Below, piece by piece: positions 8,947 to 18,915 of a DNA stretch of 28,828 nucleotides. The stretch is taken from positions 1 through 28,828 of the forward strand of contig JBATIN010000055.1 of the NCBI GenBank assembly GCA_049667765.1. Direction: 5' to 3'. Source of the stretch: Flavobacteriaceae bacterium (GTDB lineage: Bacteria; Bacteroidota; Bacteroidia; Flavobacteriales; Flavobacteriaceae). The notes beneath the pieces are model-generated. The model was not told where the DNA came from, did no database searches, and was given only the letters and a program-made list of their open reading frames with translations. The stretch's first letter is position 1, and every line of letters begins with the position of its first letter. Position numbers and translations under genes: made by a program.

Positions 8947-10173
8947 TCAGGTTTTGATATTGTCCAACAAAGCCTTTCCAATTTTTTCTACCACCCCGAC
9001 TACTAAAGCATTCCCCATAAAAAATGCACGTTTTGCATCTGAGATGCCTTCCAGTTTGGTGTGGTCATCGGAGAACATGTTTAAACGCTCAAGTTCAATA
9101 GGTGTCAATCGGCGCAATCCTTTAGGAGTTTTTACCACATGCTTAAAGCGAGAAGCACTTTTACCTCCTTCGCCTGTTATTATGGTTCGCGAAGCTTTGT
9201 CTAAACAATCCGGAAAAATCATGCCGCCCTCACTATAGTTATAGGTATAGCCGTTTTTCGCAGTTCTAACTTCCTTTTTAGCCCCTTTTAAATAATCCCA
9301 TTTAGCATAGTCCTTTTCGTCGATAAAGAATTCAGCGGGTATTTTACCCTTTACAAGTACATCGCCTAAAACCGTTCTAATGCCATCATATGAGGGCATA
9401 GATTTTACCGAGTGTATGGTTCCGTTACTAAAAACCCCTGTATTTTCGAATGGTGATAGCTTTTCATCTTTGTTGAAATTGTTGGAGATGCTCACCAAAT
9501 CACCTTTAAGTTCAAGCCGAACGGGCACTTTTAACGATTTACTTACGGGAAAAGCAGTTGCTATGGTTCCAGAATTCTGCATCCAATCCAAGGGGTCTGC
9601 CTGCTGTAGTCTTTTATAAATTGGGGTCGATTGATGGTAACCTAAGAAAAAAATGCGTCTTCGTCGTTGGGGCATGCCATAATCTGCAGCGTTGATAACA
9701 CGCCATTCTACCGCATAGCCCAAATCGTTGAGACTTTTAAGAATAATTGCAAAATCTCGCCCCCTTTGGTTCGAGGGAGATTTTAAAAGACGGTCTACAT
9801 TTTCCAAAAACAAATATTTTGGTGGATTCTTCTTTTCGGAAAGTATTTTATGGATACTCCACCACAGCACCCCTTTTTTACCAATAAGTCCTTTTGAGTT
9901 TTGAAGAGTGGTCGCTACGGAATAATCTTGGCAAGGAAAACCGCCAACCAACATATCGGCATCGGGAATTGTATCGGTAGACACTTCGGCAATATCATCG
10001 TTGCAATGATTCTTGCTTCCAAAACGGGCTTCGTATACCTTTGAGGCATGTTGCGTCTTTGTAGAAGGCTCCCATTGATTGCTCCAAACAACGTTGAAAC
10101 TCCCAGTTTTTTCAAGTCCAAGGCGAAAGCCGCCCACCCCGGCAAAAAGTTCTATGACCTTAAGTTTATCCAT
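8947..10173 (-). CDS. dcm: DNA (cytosine-5) methyltransferase, M.Sau3AI-like (probable GATC target)
   Basis: Motif I ELFAGVGG, motif IV GGFPCQDYS, VI ENV, VIII QRRRRIF, X GNA; NQWEPS, GKKGVL, ENVDRLLKSP..QRGRDF and YSEGGM are segments I recall from M.Sau3AI. Confidence 0.93.
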   Translation of the reverse strand: MDKLKVIELFAGVGGFRLGLEKTGSFNVVWSNQWEPSTKTQHASKVYEARFGSKNHCNDDIAEVSTDTIPDADMLVGGFPCQDYSVATTLQNSKGLIGKKGVLWWSIHKILSEKKNPPKYLFLENVDRLLKSPSNQRGRDFAIILKSLNDLGYAVEWRVINAADYGMPQRRRRIFFLGYHQSTPIYKRLQQADPLDWMQNSGTIATAFPVSKSLKVPVRLELKGDLVSISNNFNKDEKLSPFENTGVFSNGTIHSVKSMPSYDGIRTVLGDVLVKGKIPAEFFIDEKDYAKWDYLKGAKKEVRTAKNGYTYNYSEGGMIFPDCLDKASRTIITGEGGKSASRFKHVVKTPKGLRRLTPIELERLNMFSDDHTKLEGISDAKRAFFMGNALVVGVVEKIGKALLDNIKT

Positions 10174-10276
10174 AAAACACGAAATTAAGAAAAATAGCCT
10201 CGATTGTGCCCTAGGGTTTGGGAATATTACAAATGGAGAATCATGTATATTCCTTATTTTTACCTATAAATCAAAG

Positions 10277-11479
10277 ATGATGAAGAACGGTACAAAGGCT
10301 TTGTTATTCAGTTGCGTCTTCCTCTATTTGGAGGGTTGCGAAACGGTAAAAAACGAAGAAAATGGGCCAGAAGTACAAATTTCTAAGATACGAGCAGAGT
10401 TTGCCCCCGATAAGCGCGTGGCACTTTTCGAGGTCGCGGCCATAAAAAACAAGGAAAATTACATTTTAAAAGGCGAAAGCGATATGCCAGCTGCTATTCA
10501 TGCCTTAAAGCAAAAATTAACTGCGGAGCATATTCAATTTGTTGATAGCATACAGCTTTTACCCACGGCAGAACTAGAAGATAAGACCCAGGCCATTGTC
10601 AATATATCGGTTGCCAACCTTCGAAGCAACCCCAAACATTCGGCAGAATTGGCAACGCAAGCAACCTTAGGCACCCCTGTAAAAGTATTGAAAAAGGAAG
10701 ACGGTTGGTTCTATATACAAACACCTGATAAATACCTTTCATGGGTAGATGATGGTGGAATTACCCTGATGGACCCTACACGTTTGGAAGAATGGAAAGC
10801 CAATGATAAAATTATATTTACAAAAACCTATGGTCATGCTTATACCACCGGAGAGCTTGAATGGAACGAATCTATTGTCTCCGATTTGGTTGCGGGAAGT
10901 GTACTAGAGGTAGTGGACTACAAAAGACCTTATTTTGTGGTAAAATTTCCAGATGGGCGGCTGGCTAATGTTGCCCGTAATGAGGCCAGGGAATACAAAT
11001 TTTGGATCGAGGCCCTCGATCACACCACCGAAAGTCTGGTCAACACTTCTAAAACATTAATGGGCGTGCCCTATTTGTGGGGAGGTACTTCTACGAAAGG
11101 AATGGACTGTAGCGGGTTTACCAAAACCGTTTATTTTCTTAACGGCATGGTCATCCCTAGAGATGCATCACAACAGGTGCATGCCGGAAAGCCCATTGAT
11201 TCGGTTCAAAATTTCGACAACCTGGAAAAAGGCGATCTGCTTTTTTTCGGCACCAAGGCAACCGATTCAACCAAAGAAAAAGTGGTGCATGTTGGCATGT
11301 GGATCGGCAATAACGAATTTATTCATGCCTCGAACATGATACGGATCAGCAGCATGGACCCCAATGCCGCGAACTTTGATGAATGGAACCGCAAGCGGTA
11401 CCTGCGAACCAAGCGAATGTTAAATGAAGAAGGGGAGGCCTTGATCGATTTATCCATGATACCTTTGTTCAAAGATTGA
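10277..11479 (+). CDS. SH3 + NlpC/P60 (C40) gamma-D-glutamyl peptidase, YkfC/dipeptidyl-peptidase VI-like lipoprotein
   Basis: Start moved to ATG 10277 (signal ending LEGC); SH3b 'VANLRS.P...AELATQA.LG', GVPYLWGG...G.DCSG, HVG, FIHAS. Confidence 0.9.
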   Translation: MMKNGTKALLFSCVFLYLEGCETVKNEENGPEVQISKIRAEFAPDKRVALFEVAAIKNKENYILKGESDMPAAIHALKQKLTAEHIQFVDSIQLLPTAELEDKTQAIVNISVANLRSNPKHSAELATQATLGTPVKVLKKEDGWFYIQTPDKYLSWVDDGGITLMDPTRLEEWKANDKIIFTKTYGHAYTTGELEWNESIVSDLVAGSVLEVVDYKRPYFVVKFPDGRLANVARNEAREYKFWIEALDHTTESLVNTSKTLMGVPYLWGGTSTKGMDCSGFTKTVYFLNGMVIPRDASQQVHAGKPIDSVQNFDNLEKGDLLFFGTKATDSTKEKVVHVGMWIGNNEFIHASNMIRISSMDPNAANFDEWNRKRYLRTKRMLNEEGEALIDLSMIPLFKD

Positions 11480-11485
11480 TCCACA

Positions 11486-11564
11486 TCATGTTTGGCATAG
11501 TAAAAAGGACTTCTGAACGGGCATAATTCGTCGGCTTGATTTGTTTCGACTATGCTAAGCATGA
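11486..11564. repeat. REP-like inverted repeat / long stem-loop between convergent genes
   Basis: TCATGTTTGGCATAGT (11486-11501) pairs with ACTATGCTAAGCATGA (11549-11564): 16 bp with two G-U pairs on the + strand RNA. Confidence 0.6.
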
Positions 11565-11575
11565 CATAGAGTAGG

Positions 11576-12637
11576 TTATAACTCGACGGTCTTCCCCGTT
11601 CGGTACGATTCATCTGCCGCAAGTACAATGCGCAGACTATTGACCGCATCGCGTAAATGGTCGCTAAGGTCTAGGTCATCGGCTATGGCCGAATAAAAAT
11701 ATTCTTGTTCCAATAGGCAAAGGCCGTCATGGTCGGGTTCGTCGGAAGTGTCTATAAATTCGTCTTGCTTCGTAAAGTTACCTTGATCATCTGTCGTAGC
11801 ATGATGTAGTTTTAAAGCACCGGTCTTAGAATGACCATCTACATCGTCAGAATCGCCTTTTGCCTCATCAATAATTGAAACACAGCCTTTAGGCCCGATT
11901 ACATCTTTTACAAAAAAAGCCGTCTCGCTCATCATAGGTCCCCAGCCTGCTTCGTACCATCCTACCGAGCCATCTTTAAATCGTACTTGCAGCTGTCCGT
12001 AATTGTACATTTTTGAATCGATTTCATCGGATAGTCGGGCCCCAATGGCGCTAACACTGATGGGGGATGATTGGGTCATCAAACACATCACATCTACGTA
12101 ATGCACGCCGCAATCTACAATAGGAGACATGCTGTTCATCAATTGTTTATGCGTGTGCCAATGTTCGCCAGAACTTTGCTGGTTGAGGTTCATGCGCATC
12201 ACTAAGGGTTTTCCTAAACTACGGGCAAGGTCTACAAATTTCGCCCAGGCCGGATGTACTCGTAAAATATAGCCCACTACCATTTTTTTGTTTTTGGCCT
12301 TGGCCAAATCGACCAGACTTTGCGCTTCTTCAACAGTCAATGCCAATGGTTTTTCTACAAAAACATGGGCGTTGGCGTTTAATGCCGTTCTAATATATTC
12401 GGCATGGGTATCGGGATAGGTATTTATGGAAACGGCATCGGGCTTGCTTTCTCGAATTGCGGTTTCATAATCGCCAAATGTGGCATAACCGCCTAATTCG
12501 TTGGAGAGTTTTTCACGGCTTACGGGTTTGCGACTGACAAGACCAACAATTTCAAAACCATATAATGTATGATAGGCTCGGGCGTGGGAGGTACCCATAT
12601 TGCCACATCCGACGATTAATACGCGTATTTTATCCAT
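11576..12637 (-). CDS. Gfo/Idh/MocA family NAD(P)-dependent oxidoreductase
   Basis: GCGNMG Rossmann motif, HVFVEKP, DCGVHYVD. Confidence 0.92.
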   Translation of the reverse strand: MDKIRVLIVGCGNMGTSHARAYHTLYGFEIVGLVSRKPVSREKLSNELGGYATFGDYETAIRESKPDAVSINTYPDTHAEYIRTALNANAHVFVEKPLALTVEEAQSLVDLAKAKNKKMVVGYILRVHPAWAKFVDLARSLGKPLVMRMNLNQQSSGEHWHTHKQLMNSMSPIVDCGVHYVDVMCLMTQSSPISVSAIGARLSDEIDSKMYNYGQLQVRFKDGSVGWYEAGWGPMMSETAFFVKDVIGPKGCVSIIDEAKGDSDDVDGHSKTGALKLHHATTDDQGNFTKQDEFIDTSDEPDHDGLCLLEQEYFYSAIADDLDLSDHLRDAVNSLRIVLAADESYRTGKTVEL

Positions 12638-12677
12638 TGTTGCCTATATTTAAGAAGAATACCGTGAAAATTAAACA

Positions 12678-14237
12678 ATGAAAACGATAAGACCAACGAC
12701 CCGCCCGAAGTTCTTGATATTTTTTTTAACCGTGGGTATAGGCTTGCTTTTTAGCTCAGCGGCAAGGGTTGCAAAAACAACAACGGGTACTACCCAAGCG
12801 TCTCGCCCTAATATTGTTTTCTTGATTGCTGATGATTGGTCGTATCCACATGCTGGAATTTATGGAGATGAAACTGTTCGTACCCCAACCTTTGATGCCT
12901 TGGCCAGCAACGGCGCTTTGTTTGAGAATGCATATTGTGCCGCCCCGTCATGTTCGCCCTCTCGAGCCAGTATATTATTGGGGCGTTATCCACATCAGAT
13001 CGAGTCCGCCGGCAATTTATGGTCTGTTATACCCTCTAAATTTCCCAATTGGGTTTCGGTATTAAAAGAAGCGGGTTATCATACGGGTAAAAGTAGAAAG
13101 GGCTGGGGCCCTGGGGATTTTGAAGCGGGAGGATATTCGAAAAATCCCGCAGGAAAAGAATATGTTGACTTTAATACTTTTCTAAAAGAGAAAAAAAGCG
13201 GGCAGCCCTTCTCATATTGGTTTGGAAGTCAAGACCCGCATAGGGATTATGAAGCAAATACGGGGGTTAAAACAGGAATGGACCTAAGTAAGGTTCATGT
13301 GCCCGGTTTTCTGCCCGACCTGCCTTGTGTTCGTAATGATATTATGGATTATTACTATGAAGTGGAACGTTTTGATAGGGAGTCGGGGAATATTATCGCA
13401 ACCCTAAAGAAAGAAGGACTATTGGAAAATACCATTATCGTAATGACTAGCGACAATGGCATGCCCTTTCCCAGGGCAAAAGCGACGGTATATGATTATG
13501 GAACCAGAATGCCTTTGGCGATGTATTGGAAGGGCCATATCGAAGGGGGTTTACGAATTTCAGACTTTATGAATTTTGTCGATTTTGGGCCTACTTTCTT
13601 GGAGGCGGCCGGACTAGAAATACCAAAAACGTTCAGCGGAAAGAGTTTGTTGGAATTGTTTTCAACAGATGCAACAAAATCAGACCGAAGCCGTGTGTTT
13701 TTAGAAAGAGAAAGGCATGCGAATGTCAGAAAGGGAAATCTGAGTTATCCGGTTCGCGCCATTCGCAATACGGAGTATTTGTACATCAAAAATTTTGAGC
13801 CCGACCGTTGGCCTGCCGGGGATCCAAATACACATGTTTCCGTCGGGCAATATGGCGATGTAGATAACTCGATCACGAAATTTCTGGTCATGAAAATGGA
13901 GGGTAGATCGTTAGACAACGATTATTTTCAATTATCCTTCGGAAAACGACCTTCGGAAGAATTGTACGTTTTGGCCGATAGCCCCTATAATTTGAAAAAC
14001 GAAGCGGCAAACCCAAAGTACGAGGCCGTTTTAAGCAAGCTTAGAAGTGAACTTCAAGCTTGGATGCAACGCACAAATGACCTTAGGGCCACCGAACCAC
14101 GAACCAGCTATTGGGATACGGTCTTGTACACGCCCGACTACCAGCATTCTGATTTCGATCTTAATGAAGAGCTAGCGGAATATAGAATGACTAGTAATGA
14201 AGGCGGAAAGTACAATGACATTCCTTGCGATAAATAG
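12678..14237 (+). CDS. Formylglycine-dependent sulfatase, N-sulfoglucosamine sulfohydrolase-like
   Basis: Signal peptide, RPNIVFLIADD, CSPSR, SDNGMPFPRAK, EELY; the sulfamidase-like subfamily call is by resemblance only. Confidence 0.9.
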   Translation: MKTIRPTTRPKFLIFFLTVGIGLLFSSAARVAKTTTGTTQASRPNIVFLIADDWSYPHAGIYGDETVRTPTFDALASNGALFENAYCAAPSCSPSRASILLGRYPHQIESAGNLWSVIPSKFPNWVSVLKEAGYHTGKSRKGWGPGDFEAGGYSKNPAGKEYVDFNTFLKEKKSGQPFSYWFGSQDPHRDYEANTGVKTGMDLSKVHVPGFLPDLPCVRNDIMDYYYEVERFDRESGNIIATLKKEGLLENTIIVMTSDNGMPFPRAKATVYDYGTRMPLAMYWKGHIEGGLRISDFMNFVDFGPTFLEAAGLEIPKTFSGKSLLELFSTDATKSDRSRVFLERERHANVRKGNLSYPVRAIRNTEYLYIKNFEPDRWPAGDPNTHVSVGQYGDVDNSITKFLVMKMEGRSLDNDYFQLSFGKRPSEELYVLADSPYNLKNEAANPKYEAVLSKLRSELQAWMQRTNDLRATEPRTSYWDTVLYTPDYQHSDFDLNEELAEYRMTSNEGGKYNDIPCDK

Positions 14238-14240
14238 TTG

Positions 14241-16364
14241 CTATTTCAATGCAAAGGCAATAATCTTGTTCCCTTTCTCAGTACCGAGTTTTTCGCCCCC
14301 ACAGGCGATTGCGATATACTGTTTGCCATTTACCTCATACATGGCCGGAGTGGAAAAAGCAGCGGCCGGAAGTTTGTATTCCCATAGTATTTCACCAGTA
14401 TGCTTGTTAAAAACCCTAAAATATCCGTCTCGAGTCGCACCTATAAATAGGAGTCCGTTTTCTGTAACTACAGGGCCACCGTAATTTTCAGTACCCGTGC
14501 CTTTACCTTCTGCTCCTAATTCAGGCGTATCCCCAAAAGGAACCGACCAAATATACTCACCGGTATTTAGATCAATGGCATGTAAGGTACCCCATGGCGG
14601 CGAAATGGCCGGAAGTCCGTTACTGTCCAGAAACTTGGTATAGCCCAAGTGCTTGTACGGCATGGGATTGGTTGTGATTGCTAGATTGTTTTCTGAAACA
14701 TTATGTTTTATTTCTTCATCAAAAAGAAACTGTAAAAGGGCGTTTATTTCTATTTCAGGAATTTGAGGGAATCCTGTCATCATTCCTCTGCCGTTGGTAA
14801 TAATAGCTTTCACCTCAGCTTTATCTTTTTTGAACTGTAGGTCCAACAGGGATGGATAACCACTGGCGACAAGCCCTTCTCGGTCTGTTTGATGACAAGT
14901 CATGCAATAGGCATTATAAACGCCTTCTCCAAAAGGAAGCCCATTGCCCTTACCATCATCTTCGGCCATTTTCATGATCCAGGCCATTTCGTTGGAGTTA
15001 ACATAAATGATACCGTCTTCGGGATCAGCTGCCGTACCGCCCCATTCGGCGGCCCCGTCATATCCCGGCAGCAAAAGGTTGGGTTCAAGGCTCGGCGGGG
15101 CATAGAGCTGTTTATTAGCCTGGGATATAATTTGTTTTAAAGAATCTAGATTTTCAGCAAATGGACTCACATCCACCTCGGTCAAGGTGTTCGATTGGCG
15201 TGCAAAGGGCTTGGGTTTTACCGGAAAAGGCTGGGTCGGCCAAGCTGTTTCACCGGCCAAAGTAGATGGGGGTACGGCAACTTCCGCAATGTCAAAAAGG
15301 GGCTCCCCCGTATTTCGGTCAAAGACATACACATAGCCTTGTTTGGTCACTTGGGCCACGGCAGGTATCTTTTTCCCATCACGTTCGACCATCAATAGAT
15401 TGGGCGGGGCAGGGGGGTCTCGGTCCCAAATATCATGATGGGTCAGCTGAAAATGCCAGATTCGTTTGCCCGTGTTTGCATCGAGGGCCAATAAGCAGTT
15501 GGTATAAAGGTTGCTGCCTTTTCGTAGTCCGCCATAAAAATCTGGCGCAGCAGACCCAGTGGGCACATATATAATTCCTGTTTCGTCATCGACCGCCATG
15601 CCTGCCCAGTTATTTCCGGCACCAACTAGATCACTTTTATAGGTATCCTTGTTTTCCCAGGTTTCATAGCCTTCTTCATAAGGATACGGAATGGTATGAA
15701 AAACCCATTCCACCGCACCTGTAATTACGTTAAAGGCCATAATATCTCCAGGGGCGGCTCCCGCTCCTTCCGAAAGACGTATAGGCATCACAATAAGGTC
15801 TTTGTAAATGGTACCAGGGGTGTTGGAAATAACAAATTTGTTCTTAGCAGACTCGGGCATGCCGCTTCGTAAATCTACTTTTCCATTTTCACCAAAGGTT
15901 TTAATAGGTTTTCCGGTAAGCGCATCCAAAGCGAAAAGATCAGAACCTCGGGTGCATAAAATTCGTTTATCACCGCCTTTTTCCCAGTATGATACGCCCC
16001 TGCTGGTCGAATGCCACACCTGTAAAGAATCACCGAACTGCCATATTTCCTTACCCGTTTCGGCATTTAGGGCCACCACACGAAGGGCGGCCGTAACCCC
16101 ATATAGTATGCTATCGACCACTATAGGGCTCATTTGCATCTGGCCCCAATCTTGGGCCTCATACGACCATGCTACGTTGAGGTTTTTTATGTTTTCGGGA
16201 GTGATTTGAGAGAGGGTTGAGTAATGGCTTCGGCCTGAATCGCCCAAATACGATGACCATGTTTTATATTCTTCGTTCACCGTTTTCTTTTCTTCGGTAA
16301 ACGTACAGCTCAAAAAAGCCAACGGAATGAGCAAGGTTGCAGTGCAGATCTTTTTTGAAATCAT
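14241..16364 (-). CDS. PQQ-dependent (glucose-type) dehydrogenase lipoprotein with an internal c-type cytochrome domain
   Basis: Lipobox FLSC; Trp-docking repeats (ALNAETGKEIW, ALDANTGKRIWHFQ, AIDLNTGEYIW); HHDIWDRD; heme motif CMTCH; TPAMY..NGKQY. Confidence 0.9.
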   Translation of the reverse strand: MISKKICTATLLIPLAFLSCTFTEEKKTVNEEYKTWSSYLGDSGRSHYSTLSQITPENIKNLNVAWSYEAQDWGQMQMSPIVVDSILYGVTAALRVVALNAETGKEIWQFGDSLQVWHSTSRGVSYWEKGGDKRILCTRGSDLFALDALTGKPIKTFGENGKVDLRSGMPESAKNKFVISNTPGTIYKDLIVMPIRLSEGAGAAPGDIMAFNVITGAVEWVFHTIPYPYEEGYETWENKDTYKSDLVGAGNNWAGMAVDDETGIIYVPTGSAAPDFYGGLRKGSNLYTNCLLALDANTGKRIWHFQLTHHDIWDRDPPAPPNLLMVERDGKKIPAVAQVTKQGYVYVFDRNTGEPLFDIAEVAVPPSTLAGETAWPTQPFPVKPKPFARQSNTLTEVDVSPFAENLDSLKQIISQANKQLYAPPSLEPNLLLPGYDGAAEWGGTAADPEDGIIYVNSNEMAWIMKMAEDDGKGNGLPFGEGVYNAYCMTCHQTDREGLVASGYPSLLDLQFKKDKAEVKAIITNGRGMMTGFPQIPEIEINALLQFLFDEEIKHNVSENNLAITTNPMPYKHLGYTKFLDSNGLPAISPPWGTLHAIDLNTGEYIWSVPFGDTPELGAEGKGTGTENYGGPVVTENGLLFIGATRDGYFRVFNKHTGEILWEYKLPAAAFSTPAMYEVNGKQYIAIACGGEKLGTEKGNKIIAFALK

Positions 16365-16414
16365 GGACAAAGACGTTGTTTTTCTTAAAAGTAATCAAAA
16401 ACAGTCTTCTTTTT

Positions 16415-17389
16415 TCAAAGCTCGAAGACCATGTTCTTTCGGGCCACCTTAAACCCAAGTTCCAAGACCTTTAGTGATTGCTCACTCTTTGGGTTCAATA
16501 AGGGGTTGGTGTGGTTAAAATGAATGAAGTGAACCTTTTTCTTTTCCGAAGGAGGAAGATTTTTAAAAAGTTCCATACTCTCGACAAGAAATGGATGTGG
16601 AATTTCGGAAATATCGCGGTTGTTGATTTCTTCCGCATCGTAAAAGGTAGCGTCTAAAAAAGCATAATCGACCTTGGTGATTTCTGCAATAATATTTGTT
16701 TCCCATTTCCCCCACTTATCGATATCGGGAATAAAAAGGACACTTTTGTTGGGGCCACTAATTTTATACCCAACGGTTTCAGAATATTCATCGCGGTGTG
16801 GTACCTTAAATGGCAGTACTTTTATCTTCGGAGTTACTTCTATTTCTTCTTCGTCATGTAAGGGCTGAAGTGTAATGTTCCCGTTCGTTACCAATTGGTC
16901 CCACGGCCCATTGGAGGATAAAAAGGATTTCATTTTGGGCATTGCATAGACAGGAACTTTATTGGCATTGCTCGCTTCCTTACCTAAATACATCAGCCCC
17001 GTATAATGGCCGATATGGGCGTGTGTCAAAAATATTCCGTTTGGTATTTCATTGGCATCCCATGAGGTAGATTGCTTTAATAATCGTAGTTGTTCCGTAA
17101 TATTTGGAGTGGCATCAAATAGAAATGTTTCTTGTGCCTCGGAGTCAATAATTCCTAAGGAAACTATTCTTCTTTCTAAAGCGTTGGTTTCGATAAGGTT
17201 CTTACAGCACAATTTTTCACAAGCGATTTGTGGAGACCCCGCGTCTTGAACCGTACCAAGCAATACCAACGAAATACCATTAGATTTTTTAGAGTTATTT
17301 GATTCAACAACTATTTCTTTAGAAGATTCTTTACATGCAAAAAGCAATAACATAGATAAGAAGCTTACTAGAAGGTTCGTTGTGCCCAT
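16415..17389 (-). CDS. Metallo-beta-lactamase fold hydrolase, PqqB-like, predicted lipoprotein
   Basis: LLGTVQDAG.PQ..C...CC, THAHIGHY, VPHRDE, LDATFY, HFNHTNP; lipobox LFAC. Confidence 0.85.
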   Translation of the reverse strand: MGTTNLLVSFLSMLLLFACKESSKEIVVESNNSKKSNGISLVLLGTVQDAGSPQIACEKLCCKNLIETNALERRIVSLGIIDSEAQETFLFDATPNITEQLRLLKQSTSWDANEIPNGIFLTHAHIGHYTGLMYLGKEASNANKVPVYAMPKMKSFLSSNGPWDQLVTNGNITLQPLHDEEEIEVTPKIKVLPFKVPHRDEYSETVGYKISGPNKSVLFIPDIDKWGKWETNIIAEITKVDYAFLDATFYDAEEINNRDISEIPHPFLVESMELFKNLPPSEKKKVHFIHFNHTNPLLNPKSEQSLKVLELGFKVARKNMVFEL

Positions 17390-17395
17390 AAGAAA

Positions 17396-18913
17396 TCAAT
17401 CTTTTGTCAAAAAGGCACGAATATCTTTTGATAGTTTTATCAGATCAGGTTCATGAAGGTACATCATGTGGCCTCCTTCGTAATAGGTCAGTTTCACTCG
17501 TTCTTTCACTATTCCGTTTCTGGCAAAGGTGTATTCCGTATCAAAAAAAGGACAGATAAGATCGTAATAACCACTGGCGACCAATATTTTCATTCCAGTA
17601 TTTCGGCGCATGGCATCGCCTAAAGTCCGTGCTACATTCGGTGCCGAAGGTTCCCAATAGGTTCCGTCGGGTACAGGGCGCCATCGCCATAGTTCGCCGA
17701 TTTTGTTATTGGAAGTTAAATAAGGGCGATCCATTTTTACCTGAAGCTCTGAGGCAAAATAATGATTAAGGGAAGCCGTGTAAGCCGCATCGATTTGATA
17801 ACTGGAAGGGTCCCCTAAATGTGGATATTCTGAAACCTTGTCGGCCTCATCGCCCATAAAGCGCCCATCTAACCTACCAATGGCCAGACCTTTCTCGGCC
17901 AACAGTTGTTTTTGAAAGCGAGGAACAAGCACCCTAAGGTCTGACCTTAAGATATAATTCTTATCAAGGCCTATGAAATACGATAATTTTTCTGCTATTT
18001 CATCTTTTTCTGTTGCATTTAATAGATTTCCTTTATAAAGTGCAGGGGTATAGGTAGTGTAGTTGAACGCTCTACATTCTTGTACAAAACTCTCCAGCGA
18101 TTTTCCCTGTCCTGCTTTTTTGTGATACCATGCCGAGGCTGCCATACTGGGCAAATAGGTCACAAAAGAAGTAATATTGTCCTGAACCGAGGTGGAGCCT
18201 GCATAGTCCAAGGCCTGTGAAATAAGAATAAGACCGTTCAGGGCCATGGTTTGGCCTTCATCTTCCAATTCTCCTGCTACAGCGGCTGCGCGCGTGGTGC
18301 CGAAACTCTCTCCGGCAATATATTTTGGTGAAAACCAGCGCTCGTTCTCCGTAATCCACTGGCGCATAAATTGCGCTACTGATTTCGCGTCCTCTTTTAA
18401 TCCCCAATAATCCTTCTCTTTCCCTTTTCCAACAACACGACTGTAGCCTGTACCTACGGGGTCGATGAAAACAATGTCGGTCAGGTCCAAGAGCCCATGG
18501 TCGTTGGTTACAAGATTATAAGGTGCTGCACCGTCATCTTTTATGGCATCGGAATCGACCTTTACGATTTTTGGACCAAAAAAACCCATGTGCAACCACA
18601 TAGAAGCAGACCCAGGTCCACCGTTGAAAACAAAGGTCACCGGTCTTTTTGTTTTATCGCCCAAAGGATCAAGGGTATATGCAACGGACCAAATAGAAGC
18701 TACCGAATCTCCTTCGGTGTTCGTCAAGTAGGTTTCTTTAGCGGTCGCCTTGTATTTAAGGGATTTTCCGGCAAAATTACCTTGATGCATAGTCACAAAA
18801 GACTGTGGTTTAGGGATCGGTTTTATAACTTCTTCTACTTTTTTGTCTTGCCCAATGATATATGTACCACACACCAATAACCCCAAAAGCATTAAATTTT
18901 TTACCATCTTCAT
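17396..18913 (-). CDS. Serine carboxypeptidase, peptidase S10
   Basis: FNGGPGSAS, IDPVGTGYS, GESFG (nucleophile), GYYDL, GGHMMY; signal peptide. Confidence 0.92.
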   Translation of the reverse strand: MKMVKNLMLLGLLVCGTYIIGQDKKVEEVIKPIPKPQSFVTMHQGNFAGKSLKYKATAKETYLTNTEGDSVASIWSVAYTLDPLGDKTKRPVTFVFNGGPGSASMWLHMGFFGPKIVKVDSDAIKDDGAAPYNLVTNDHGLLDLTDIVFIDPVGTGYSRVVGKGKEKDYWGLKEDAKSVAQFMRQWITENERWFSPKYIAGESFGTTRAAAVAGELEDEGQTMALNGLILISQALDYAGSTSVQDNITSFVTYLPSMAASAWYHKKAGQGKSLESFVQECRAFNYTTYTPALYKGNLLNATEKDEIAEKLSYFIGLDKNYILRSDLRVLVPRFQKQLLAEKGLAIGRLDGRFMGDEADKVSEYPHLGDPSSYQIDAAYTASLNHYFASELQVKMDRPYLTSNNKIGELWRWRPVPDGTYWEPSAPNVARTLGDAMRRNTGMKILVASGYYDLICPFFDTEYTFARNGIVKERVKLTYYEGGHMMYLHEPDLIKLSKDIRAFLTKD

Positions 18914-18915
18914 AT

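Noticed and set aside
10079..10276. N-terminal extension of the NlpC/P60 ORF overlapping dcm
   Set aside because: The signal peptide begins at ATG 10277; the extension is an ORF-caller artefact, as are those of the PhyH, VOC and rnpA ORFs.
14541..14550. AACCGACCAA inside the PQQ dehydrogenase gene
   Set aside because: Half-site only, with no matching right arm; explained by the W-S-V codons.
16415..17389. Calling this gene pqqB of a PQQ biosynthesis cluster
   Set aside because: It has a lipoprotein signal, and no pqqA, C, D or E is in the window.
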